From the NCBI GenBank assembly GCA_964555935.1, contig CAZKUN010000005.1, positions 28,335-92,334 of the forward strand: DNA of 64,000 nucleotides. The letters run 5' to 3'. The stretch comes from an uncultured Armatimonadia bacterium. Lineage in GTDB: Bacteria > Armatimonadota > Zipacnadia > Zipacnadales > VGFC01. The notes beneath the pieces were generated by a model. The model saw only the letters and a list, made by a program, of their open reading frames with translations. It had not been told where the DNA came from and made no database searches. The position numbers and the translations under genes were made by a program. This document shows, piece by piece, positions 26,866 to 36,400 of this stretch; position 1 is the stretch's first letter, and every line of letters starts with the position of its first letter.

Positions 26866-27039
26866 GCAAATGAGAGCGCAGGGCGGTGCGTGCGGCACGC
26901 GCTCTTCGCCGGACGCCACGCGCTCGCGGAGTTGCTCAAGCATGTCATCGCGGACGAACAACACGGGTCGACGCGGACCATCATCCGCGCGGACCGCGCC
27001 AGCCGCGAGAAAACATGCGCTTAGCAACAGTGCCCGCAT
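26827..27039 (-). pseudogene. possible N-terminal stub of a secreted protein truncated at the inverted repeat
   Basis: The ATG at 27039 follows gagga. It encodes a signal peptide (MRALLLSACFLAAGAVRA) plus about 35 ordinary residues. The last ~12 codons and the stop are supplied by the right arm of the repeat. Confidence 0.3.
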
Positions 27040-27112
27040 TTCGTTCCTCATTCGCAGCAGCGCCCGACCCTCCCGAGCCGGGCGCCACATTCATTGATCC
27101 GTTTGCTGTGAG

Positions 27113-27865
27113 TTACTCGCCGCCGGCCGGCGGGCCGGGAGGTTGCGGCCGCTGCGCGCCACCCTTCCCACCGCCGCCGCCCTTGCCGCCCATGCCCCGC
27201 ATCCCGCCGCCTCCAGGACCACCGGGACCTCCACCCATGCCGCCACCAGGGCCGCCCATGCCGCCTCCCGGACCGCCGCGTCCCCCACGCCCTCCGCCGC
27301 GCCCGCCACGTCCGCCGGAGGCGTTCGTGTCCAGCAACCCGGCAACCGTGAGAGCGGCCTTCAGCCTCGGCCGATTCGCCAGATCAAGATCGGTGACCAA
27401 CCCATCCCGCGATGTCTTCAACTCGGAGGTGGCCGACTGCGCCGCTGTGTCATACGCGGCAAGCGCCTGGGCGATCTTCTCGTCACTCGCGCTCTCGTCG
27501 GTCAGCGCCTCGCGCAGCGCGGTTTGCGCCTCGCGGACCGGCGTCTGCGTGGACCGGCGCGCCTCCACATATGCCGTTAGCTTCTCGCCGTCCTCGGGAG
27601 TGCCGCCGGCGCCCTCCAGCATCTGCGTCCATCCCTGGCCACCTTGACCGCCGCCGCCCATGCCCGGACCGCCGCCTGGAGGCATGCCGCCGCCGGGGCC
27701 GCCTGGTCCGCCCATGCCCGACATCCCGCCTCCGGGGCCGCCCATTCCGGTCGGAGGCCCGGCGGCAGGGGGCGTCTTCGCCTTCCCCATCGTGAACACG
27801 ACTGCCCCGATCGTTGCGAGGACCAACATGAACACAACCAATCCGATGAGCGAGCCACGTGACAT
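27113..27865 (-). CDS. membrane-anchored protein with Gly/Pro/Met-rich low-complexity arms around a helical core
   Basis: N-terminal TM (LIGLVVFMLVLATIGAVVF). GGPGGGM-type tracts lie on both sides of a helical core (LTAYVEARRSTQTPVREAQTALREALTDESASDEKIAQALAAYD...). Confidence 0.55.
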   Translation of the reverse strand: MSRGSLIGLVVFMLVLATIGAVVFTMGKAKTPPAAGPPTGMGGPGGGMSGMGGPGGPGGGMPPGGGPGMGGGGQGGQGWTQMLEGAGGTPEDGEKLTAYVEARRSTQTPVREAQTALREALTDESASDEKIAQALAAYDTAAQSATSELKTSRDGLVTDLDLANRPRLKAALTVAGLLDTNASGGRGGRGGGRGGRGGPGGGMGGPGGGMGGGPGGPGGGGMRGMGGKGGGGGKGGAQRPQPPGPPAGGE

Positions 27866-27977
27866 ATCGATGCTCCTGGACCGCGCGCGTCGCGGGCATC
27901 CGCAGGTAACGTCCGCTGCTGTGGCGAACGCAGGCGTCGCGCCGGCTGATTCAACCTGAGCACGAGAGGTTAGCGAA

Positions 27978-28544
27978 ATGCGATCGGTTCTCCTGCTGGT
28001 TTGCTGTGTGATTGTGGCCGCTCTCCTGTCCGGATGCCCGCTGAAACGCGTCGCTCAGCCTCCCGAGCCAAGCCCAAGCGGCGGGGGTCTCGTTGCCGAT
28101 CCGCAGCCCGCTGATGGTGACATCGAGATCACCAGACCCGAATCCGACACGGACGATGACTTCACCGAACTCGACGATCCGGACGATTACGTGGAGCCCG
28201 ACACCGGCGGCGAGTTCGAGGTCGATCTCAGCAACATCCCACCGCTGGACGAACCAATCGCGACGTCGATCATCCTGCACTTCTTCGATGAGGAGCCGTA
28301 CTCGCCCCTGAGACCCCACCTCGAAGGGACGTGGCTTCCGTACGAAGATTCGCTTGACCTCGGGCCGGAGGACATGCCCGACGACGCTATCATCTACAAG
28401 AAAGTCGAGCAGGACGCGTACCTTGAGGTTCTCTTCGGTCCGCCGTTCAGCGAGTTCTACATCGCCGCTCATCTCGGCGCGCTCGACGACGGCGACTGGG
28501 AAGTTATCGAGATAGTCCCATACGATGCATACGATGGCGAGTAG
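27978..28544 (+). CDS. acidic lipoprotein, unknown function
   Basis: Lipobox (VAALLSGC), then a strongly acidic sequence. Confidence 0.6.
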   Translation: MRSVLLLVCCVIVAALLSGCPLKRVAQPPEPSPSGGGLVADPQPADGDIEITRPESDTDDDFTELDDPDDYVEPDTGGEFEVDLSNIPPLDEPIATSIILHFFDEEPYSPLRPHLEGTWLPYEDSLDLGPEDMPDDAIIYKKVEQDAYLEVLFGPPFSEFYIAAHLGALDDGDWEVIEIVPYDAYDGE

Positions 28545-28604
28545 CGCCACGGCCCATCGTGCCACGGGCTGCCTAGCCCGTGGAGGAACCACCTGGAGGC
28601 AGTC

Positions 28605-29948
28605 ATGAACGTAATTGTCATCGTCGTTGATACGCTTCGCGCCGATCACCTCGGGTGTTACGGCTACGGCCGCGACACGTCGCCCGCGCTTGATGCCCTC
28701 GCCGCCAACGGCGCGCTGTATGAGAGCTTCTGGTCGCCATGCATCCCAACCCACCCGGGATTCACAAGCATCTTCAGCGGCGTCCATGGCGTGAACCATG
28801 GGATCGTGTCGCAGGGCCGCAGTGGCGCGAAGCTCCGCGACGGCATCCAGATGCTCCCCGAGATGCTCCGCGGGCACCGCGGTATCAACACGGTCGCCAT
28901 TGACTCGCTCGGGCCCGGGCATTCGTGGTTCTATCGCGGGTACGATCACTACAACCTCACCCGCAGCGGCACGGCGGCGCATGTCACGGAGCAGGCGACC
29001 AAGTGGCTCAGGGCCTATGGCGACGAGCCGTTCTTCATGTTCATGCACCCGTGGGACCCGCACAGCCCGTACCTCCCGCCCGAGGAGTACAAGGGCATGT
29101 TCACCGACGCGGATCCGCACGAACACGATGAGGAAGAGTGGGCGGCCGTCACCAACCAGCTCGTCTACCCGTTCTTCAAGGGCTTCCTCTACGACCGCAT
29201 GGGCGACTGCAAGAACCCGGATTACCTCGAGGGGATGTACGACGCGGAGATCCGCTCGTGCGACGATCGGCTCGGCGAGTTCTTCAATTCGCTGAAGGAC
29301 ATGAACCTCTGGGATGACACGGCCATCCTCGTCACCGCCGACCACGGCGAGAGCATGACGGAGCATCATGTCTACTTTGAGCACCACGCGATCTACGACT
29401 GCGTCCTGCATATCCCGATGATCATGCGCGTGCCCGGCGTCACCGAGCCCGGCAGGCGCGTGAGCGGCATGTTCCAGCACATCGACATCGCGCCGACGGT
29501 CTGCGACATCATGGAGCGCGACCACCACCCGCAGTTCATGGGCAAGAGCATGATGCAATCGGACGCGGGGCATGAGGCCATCTACGCGACTGAGGCGTCG
29601 CGCGTCGCGCGGTGGGCCGTCCGGACGCCGGAGTGGAAGCTGATGAAGCTCGTCGATCCCGGCCAATACCACGTCGACTACGACGAGCTGTTCCATGTCT
29701 CCGAGGACCCGAACGAGACGAAGAACGTGATCAACGACTACCCGAAGATCGCAACCGAGCTTGAGCTTCAGTTGCTGCATTGGAAGGAAGCCCAACTCGG
29801 GCACAGACCCGATCCCGTGCGCGTCGAGATGGCGACGGGCTCGCCCATGGAGGCCTCGCGTCAGGACGGTTTGCAGCATGTGGGCATGAGCTTCGACGAG
29901 TGGATTGCATATTACCAGGAGCGTTTCTGCGAGCCGGGACAGGCCTGA
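28605..29948 (+). CDS. sulfatase-family (alkaline-phosphatase superfamily) hydrolase with non-canonical C-x-P-x-H site
   Basis: MNVIVIVVDTLRADHLG metal-site start and TADHGE. The nucleophile region is SPCIPTHPGFTS (Cys codon at 28740..28742), where His replaces the Arg of the CxPxR signature. No signal peptide. Confidence 0.7.
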   Translation: MNVIVIVVDTLRADHLGCYGYGRDTSPALDALAANGALYESFWSPCIPTHPGFTSIFSGVHGVNHGIVSQGRSGAKLRDGIQMLPEMLRGHRGINTVAIDSLGPGHSWFYRGYDHYNLTRSGTAAHVTEQATKWLRAYGDEPFFMFMHPWDPHSPYLPPEEYKGMFTDADPHEHDEEEWAAVTNQLVYPFFKGFLYDRMGDCKNPDYLEGMYDAEIRSCDDRLGEFFNSLKDMNLWDDTAILVTADHGESMTEHHVYFEHHAIYDCVLHIPMIMRVPGVTEPGRRVSGMFQHIDIAPTVCDIMERDHHPQFMGKSMMQSDAGHEAIYATEASRVARWAVRTPEWKLMKLVDPGQYHVDYDELFHVSEDPNETKNVINDYPKIATELELQLLHWKEAQLGHRPDPVRVEMATGSPMEASRQDGLQHVGMSFDEWIAYYQERFCEPGQA

Positions 29949-30036
29949 TAGAGACCGCGAAGCAAGAGAATGGGAGAGCCGGGCTGGAATAGTCGACTGT
30001 TGAGATGGAGGAGCGCGACGTCCTGGAGGGTGCGAA

Positions 30037-31146
30037 ATGCCGAGGTGGGACTTTGAGAGACGGCGAGAACTCGGGTTCGGCGGACTACATACTTGCGCCA
30101 CCGTTTTGCGGCAGCACATCGACACGTATGGGGACGACTACGGCGCGCAGCATTACTCCGTTCTGCGGAACGCTCTGACGTCCCAGGTGGGCTACGAATT
30201 CGGCCCGACCGATCAAGCCTACGAGAACGTATTCCGCAACTACGAACGCCTCTTCGCCGGATTTGCCATTGCCACGGCTAAGGGCGGGCGCCTCAGACTG
30301 CTTCGGACTGGACTATGGTTGATCGAGAGACAACCCAATGAACAGCAGTTCTATTGGCATATCGTGGATACCTTCCGGTACCCTAACCCAGTGTTCGCGA
30401 GCCACCAGACCTGGGTGGACACGGGCCGCCAGTTGTCTCCGTTCAAACTTGTACTGCGGGCGATGGCCGCGTTAGCCGAGTCAGGAGCGGACGGGCAGCT
30501 CACTCCACTCGAGATTCTGACCGTTCTCTACCATGCCCACGACGACATCCCCGGCGACGTGCTGGCAGAGGCAGTCGTGCGTCTGCGACAAGGGAAACCG
30601 GGAATGGCGCCCCTGCTCCAGACCTCCCCGGCGATGATTGCCGGGGAACCCGACAGGCGTCAGACACGGGAGGTGCTTGCATTCCTGCGCGCAGGCGGCC
30701 TGATCCGCGGTGGGCCGCATAACATCCAGATGGGTGCCCGGTACAGCCTCACGGATGCCGGCGCGGCAGCACTCGCGCCGACGACGGCCGACGTGGTGGA
30801 TGAGGCCGAAGACCAGGACGCGGACAACAGCGGCCGCTTCGTGCTCATCGAGGGCGACATTCACCAAGAGACGCGCCGGACGCGCAGACGCAACCCGAAG
30901 CTGCGCCGTCTGGCGCTGGATCACTACGAGTTGCGGTGCCCAGTGTGCAAAGACGACTACTCGCGCCTCGGCGATAGAGGCTCCTCAGTGGTTGATGTGC
31001 ACCACCTCAACCCGTTGGCCAGCGCTGATTCGCCCCGAGAGATCACCGTGGATGACGTGCGTGTCGTATGCGCAACGTGCCACCGGTTAGTGCATACGGA
31101 GGATCCTCCCTTGACCCCCGAAGAGGCGGCGGAGATTGCCGGTTGA
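30037..31146 (+). CDS. HNH-family restriction endonuclease candidate
   Basis: C-terminal CPVC...VVDVHHLNPL...VCATCHRLVH (HNH/His-Me finger with a Cys4 zinc site). A ~270-aa N-terminal domain of unknown specificity precedes it. It lies beside a C5 methyltransferase. Confidence 0.7.
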   Translation: MPRWDFERRRELGFGGLHTCATVLRQHIDTYGDDYGAQHYSVLRNALTSQVGYEFGPTDQAYENVFRNYERLFAGFAIATAKGGRLRLLRTGLWLIERQPNEQQFYWHIVDTFRYPNPVFASHQTWVDTGRQLSPFKLVLRAMAALAESGADGQLTPLEILTVLYHAHDDIPGDVLAEAVVRLRQGKPGMAPLLQTSPAMIAGEPDRRQTREVLAFLRAGGLIRGGPHNIQMGARYSLTDAGAAALAPTTADVVDEAEDQDADNSGRFVLIEGDIHQETRRTRRRNPKLRRLALDHYELRCPVCKDDYSRLGDRGSSVVDVHHLNPLASADSPREITVDDVRVVCATCHRLVHTEDPPLTPEEAAEIAG

Positions 31147-31154
31147 CGGGTGGC

Positions 31155-31817
31155 CTATGAGGACGCGGACAGGCAGCACGAGTTGAGAGGGCATCGCTCG
31201 CAGGCGGGGTCTCGGGGGCGGCAGCGGGCGGCGGCGAGGTCGATGATCGCCCAATTCCAATTGCGGTGGGCGCGTGGCGGAAGGACGTGTTGGGCGGCTT
31301 CCCATATCTCCCTGGGAGGGCGCCTGCGAGGGTGACACTCCGTCAACCCCAAGATGCGCGACAGCACCCGCCAGACGTTGCGGTCGACGATAGCCACCCT
31401 CTCACCGAAGGCGAAACACCGAACGGCGTTGGCCCCGTACGGTCCCACCCCCGGCAGGGAGAGCAGGTCAGCCGGATCAGCCGGGACCTCCCCCTCGAAG
31501 CGATCCACTAGCTCGCGACCGATCGACCGGAGCCACTCCGCGCGTTTGAATAGCCCCAGCGGCGCGACGAGGCGTGCCATGGTCCTTACACGACCGCGCG
31601 CCAGCGCCCGGGGCCTCGGGTATCGCTGGATGAACTGCTCGAAGATCTCCGCAACCTGGGGCCCGGTGGTTTTCTGCAGCAGAACTTCCGAGACCAGGAT
31701 GCGGTAGGGGGATGCGTCGGATCGCCAGGGGAAGGTCCGTCTGCAACGACCATACCAGCGCAACAGATGCCCATTCAGTTCCCGGCACAGGGCCTGGTCG
31801 GGCAGACGCGCACTCAC
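31155..31817 (-). CDS. HhH-GPD DNA glycosylase of the MutY/Mig type, no MutT-like C-terminal domain
   Basis: WYGRCRRTFPWR...PYRILVSEVLLQKT, HhH (LLSLPGVGPYGANAV), catalytic-Asp context (IVDRNVWRV) and a 4Fe-4S loop (CRPRDPACERCPLNSCC). Its GTG start overlaps the methyltransferase stop (GTGA). Confidence 0.8.
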   Translation of the reverse strand: MSARLPDQALCRELNGHLLRWYGRCRRTFPWRSDASPYRILVSEVLLQKTTGPQVAEIFEQFIQRYPRPRALARGRVRTMARLVAPLGLFKRAEWLRSIGRELVDRFEGEVPADPADLLSLPGVGPYGANAVRCFAFGERVAIVDRNVWRVLSRILGLTECHPRRRPPREIWEAAQHVLPPRAHRNWNWAIIDLAAARCRPRDPACERCPLNSCCLSASS

Positions 31818-33028
31818 GTCTCGGCGTCGTCGTACAACAGTTCAGGCTCGCGTTCCGCCGTGACCCGCAGCAGCTCGCGTGTCGCCTCACCGGCGGACAG
31901 CCTATCCAGCCATGAGGGCTCAAGCAGAGAGCGATCGGGCACGGGTACGGAGAACGCGCTGGCGAGGAGCGACCGCGCCACATGCTCGGCGAGGAGCGGC
32001 GGGACGGCATTGCCAACCTGCGTGAACTGACGGCCCATCGGCCCCGTGAAGAAATACTCGTCGGGAAACGTCTGCAGCCTCGCGCACTCTCTCACCGTCA
32101 TGGTGCGCGCGGCGAAGGGATGCAAGTGACTTCGGCCGCCCCCGGAATCGCCGCCCGCGATCACCGTCTTTGACGGGAGCCTCGGGTCCAGCCGATCGAC
32201 GCGACCGAGTTTCTCGCGGCGCCCGGAACGCAGCTGCTTGTAACGTTCGATGGACTCCGGCCTGTGGCGTCTGGCCACGTGGTTGGGGCAGTCATGCGGG
32301 AAGTTCTGGAGGGCCTGGGCAGCGGCTCGCCAGCACAGATGCCGATCGAGAGTCGCCGCGGATGCATGCGTGGGATTGGGCAGTGACGGAGCCTGCGCTC
32401 CCAAGCGACCCACAATGAACACCCTCTCGCGCAGCTGGGGCACTCCGTAGTCGGCGGCCTGAAGCAACTGGGGCTCCGCGATGCTATATCCGTCTGCCCG
32501 GAGCGTCGTCATGAACTCGCGCAACTGCAGCCCGCCGTCAACCTGGGCCAAACCGGGCACGTTCTCAATACAGAAAGCCGCCGGTCGGACCTCCAGCAGA
32601 AGCCTCACCAACTCACCGAGCAGCGATCCCCGTCTCGCGTCACCAAACCCCGTTCGCTTGAATCGCGAGTCTCCTCGTAGGAACCTCTGGTTCGCCGCCA
32701 CGCTGAACGGTTGGCACGGGGGGCCGCCGAAGATGACATCCGGTCGGCGCCCTCCCATCTGCTCAAGAAGGCGATCGCCGGACATCTCGCGGACATCGCC
32801 CGTGCTATGTGGCGGGCCAAGCACCACGGCCTCGGGCGCGTTGTGGCGCTGCGTGTAGCATGCGTGCTCCAACGTGTCCGCTCTGAGCGCGACGTCGATT
32901 CCCGCAGCCTCGAAGCCAATATCCATGCCACCGGCGCCGGAGAACAGGCTCCAGCCAGTGACGACCGGCGACGAGCCACGGCGGGCAGGGGCATCTTCTA
33001 GCGAGGCAGCGGTTGCTTGTGTTTCCAT
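31814..33028 (-). CDS. DNA (cytosine-5)-methyltransferase
   Basis: Motifs I (FSGAGGMDIGF), IV (GGPPCQPFS), VI (ENVPGL), VIII (QLRERVFIVG), IX (RECARLQTFPDEY) and X (GNAVPPLLA). Confidence 0.95.
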   Translation of the reverse strand: METQATAASLEDAPARRGSSPVVTGWSLFSGAGGMDIGFEAAGIDVALRADTLEHACYTQRHNAPEAVVLGPPHSTGDVREMSGDRLLEQMGGRRPDVIFGGPPCQPFSVAANQRFLRGDSRFKRTGFGDARRGSLLGELVRLLLEVRPAAFCIENVPGLAQVDGGLQLREFMTTLRADGYSIAEPQLLQAADYGVPQLRERVFIVGRLGAQAPSLPNPTHASAATLDRHLCWRAAAQALQNFPHDCPNHVARRHRPESIERYKQLRSGRREKLGRVDRLDPRLPSKTVIAGGDSGGGRSHLHPFAARTMTVRECARLQTFPDEYFFTGPMGRQFTQVGNAVPPLLAEHVARSLLASAFSVPVPDRSLLEPSWLDRLSAGEATRELLRVTAEREPELLYDDAET

Positions 33029-33476
33029 GGGGCGTCCGGAATTCAGGTGTTGTTTTCTCTCATGCGCCTACGTACGTGTGGCTCTGACTTCTCGGTGCGG
33101 CCCCTCAAAACCTGCAAGGCACCAGAGGTCACTTCGACAACCCATAGGGTGAGCGGAGTCACACTGACGAGCGAGTGGCTCGGCGTCCACCTCGTTCCGG
33201 GCCACATCCGTGCGTTCGAGGTCGCCCGGCGGGCCATCGCGGGAGAGGGCCTGCATGAGGGCGCCTGCCGCCCAGATCCGAGGCGCCATTCCGGTGGACG
33301 GAAGCTCCATCGGGCTCGTTGGCGAGCCGTCCCGGACCTGCAATAACAGGCAACAATCGGGAAGGTGTTCTGGCAGGAACGCCGAAGGAAGGCGCAAATA
33401 ACGATGGGTGCGGGTTGCGCGACGACGCAGAGAACATGATCTGCGGGCGTAATCACGTGCCAGGAGGCGGGTTCGT

Positions 33477-36400
33477 ATGTACTCAGCCAGGGGATTGTCA
33501 GCAAGGTTCGTCCACACGTTTGGCGCTATCGCCCTCGTGTCGGGCGCAGTATCGATTGCTCTCTTCATTACATCCACCGTACCGGCCTATGCCGTTCCGG
33601 CAGCGCCAGCCGTGGTGACTCTCACACAGCCCGATGGCCGGACGATTCAAGCGAGGCTGTATGGTGACGAGTGGCAGCACTATACGCGAACGCTGGACGG
33701 CCGGATCATCGAGCAGAACGCTCAGGGCGAGTGGGTGACGGTCGGGTCCGGCAAGCCGATGCCGAGCCCGAAGAGTCGCGAGCGCGCGGCCGTAGCGGAT
33801 TCACCGCAGGTGGTCCCGCCATTCGGCACGGCAAACGTGCCGGTGCTCTGCATCAACTTCTCCGACACCTCCACGCAGTTCGCCACAGGCGATTTTGACA
33901 CGTTGCTCTTCAACGGCTCGAGCAGCATGACGGCCTTCTACACTGAGAACTCGTACGGTCAGTTCACCGTGGCCGCCGGTCCCAGTGGCATCGGCGGATG
34001 GTATACGGCGTCAGACACCCACGATCATTACGGCACGAACGGCGCCGGCTTCGACGACTTCCCGGCCGAGCTGGTCATTGAGGCCGTCGAGGCCGCAGAT
34101 GCCGCGGGCTTCGACTTCGGCCCGTACGATTCCGACGGCGACGGGAACGTAGATGTCGTGGCGATCATCCACCAGGGAACCGACGAGGCGGCTGGCGGCC
34201 CGTCCACGGACATCTGGTCTCACCGATCGAGCCTCACCAGCAGGCAGTTCTTCGCCAACGACGGCACGGGCCCCGTTACGACGGGAAGCGGAAAGGTTGT
34301 CGACGACTACATCATCATGCCCGAGCACGACCCCGGGGACAATCTCGCCACTATTGGCGTTTTCGCCCACGAATACGGTCACGCGCTGGGGCTGCCGGAC
34401 TTTTACGACCGAGACTCCTCCTCAAATGGTCTGGGCAGTTGGTCGCTTATGGCCGCGGGCGCGTGGAACGGCAACGCAGGCGACACGCCGGCCCATTTCG
34501 ACGCCTGGTGCAAGGTGCAACTCGGGTGGGTCACGCCGGTTGTGGCGACGAGCAGTATCCTCAACGCGCCACTGCCGGAAGTCGAAACCAATCAGGTCAT
34601 CTATCAGGTCTTCGCCCCGGGCTCCACTACCGAGTACTTCCTCGTAGAAAACCGACAACTCACGGGCTTCGACTCGGCGCTGCCGGCCTCAGGAGCGTTG
34701 ATCTACCATGTTGACGACACGCAGGCGCTGAGCCAGAACGACAACGAATGGAGACCCGGCCTTACAGGCAGCGGAAACTACCAGTGCGCGATCGAGCAGG
34801 CCGACGGGATGTGGCAACTCGAGCGGTTTAGGTTCGACACGCCGCCCGGCAACAACGGAGACGCAGGCGACCCCTATCCTGGCACGTCGGGCAACCGCGC
34901 CTACGATGATGTATCCACCCCCAGCGCGACGCTCTATGACGGCAGCGACTTCCCGCTTGTCGTGAGAAACATCTCACCGTCGAGCGCCGCGATGACGATC
35001 GATATCGTCGATACGATGGTGCCACTGGTGCCCAGGTCGATCATGGCGTCGGACACGCTGGGCGATGAGGGCGGGAGCATTACGGTGACGTGGAGCCGAT
35101 CGGGCGACGACGGCCGCGGCGCGGACGATGTCGCTGAATACGACGTCATGCGCAGCCTTGCCGATACGGGTCCGTTTGCGGTCATCGACACCGTGCCGGC
35201 GGGCACGACGGCCGTTTTCGACACCAACGTGGTCGACGGACCTCCCGGCTATTACTACAAGGTTGTCACGAGAGACACGTCGGGGCTGACGTCCGAGACG
35301 AAGGTCGTCGGGCCGGCAACCTCACGAGACGACCTGAAACCGCCGGCCGTGGACATGTTGCTCGTGAAGGACAGCCAGGCCGACAACGGTCGTTCGATGA
35401 CGCTGACGTGGGCGGGCTACCAAGCCCCGGCGGACCTCGTGAGCTTCAGGGTCTACCGCTCGACCGCACCGTTCACTGACGTCAACGCGACGGACGTCGA
35501 CCGCATCGCCACCGTTACGGAACTCGGCGACGACGAGGCTCCATCCGTGGCGATCACCGACCCGGCCGCGCGTAGTTACATCGACAAGGCGGCCGATGTC
35601 ACCGACCCAACGTCGGCTCCGCTCGACCTCACCGCCTACTGGTACGCGGTGACAGGACTGGACGAGGTCGGAAACGAGATCACCGCCGTGCAGGCCGTTG
35701 GCCCGACCGAGTGCGCGCCGAACCTGTCGATCAACTACACGTCCGGGCTCCAGTTCATCACGCTGCCGGCCCTGCCCGTCAACCCGGCACCGATGTCCGT
35801 ACTGGGCCTGAGCGATCCATCCGACGCCAGCCTCGCGAGATACAATCCGCTCACCAAGGGCTATAACACGCTCTCGATGAACCCGGACGATCCGTTCATC
35901 CAGATGCTGCCGGGACGGGGCTTCTGGCTGGAGAGGTTCTTCCCCACGTTCATCGCGGTGGCCGGAAGCTTGGTTGAAGATGCCGAGTACGAAGTCCCTC
36001 TGGAAACCGGCTGGAATGCCGTCGGTTCGCCGTATGACGGGTACTACGGCTTCGATGCGATCATGGTTCGCCCGTCGCTTGGAACCGACGAGCCAATCAG
36101 AACGTCCAACGCATTGAAGAACTACGGTTGGTATTACGACGCGTTCGAGCGCAGCTACAAGCTCGTATCGGCCATCGGGCCGCCGCTCGGAGTCACGACA
36201 CTGCCAAAGCTGCAGGCCATGTGGATCAACGTTCTCGAGCCGGGCGCGGCGCTCGTGTTCAATAGCGCCGCATCCAGTCCGGTTCCGCTGGGCGATATCA
36301 CAACAGCCGATGCGCCCGCGCTCGACGGCTGGCAGATCCAGCTCATAGCTACGGCGGGCGACGCAGCCGACACAGACAACTACATTGGCGTCTCAAACGC

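Noticed and set aside
27951-30125. 724-aa minus-strand ORF, one of the longest in the track
   Set aside because: It lies antisense to a lipoprotein gene and a sulfatase-family gene that both have clear motifs. Its translation is Arg/Val/His-rich with no recognisable domain. This is typical of a GC-rich shadow ORF.
29949-33476. Integrative mobile element carrying the R-M genes
   Set aside because: I saw no integrase or transposase, no tRNA target and no flanking direct repeats. Only the compositional shift and the gene-poor flank suggest foreign origin, so it is described as an islet rather than a mobile element.
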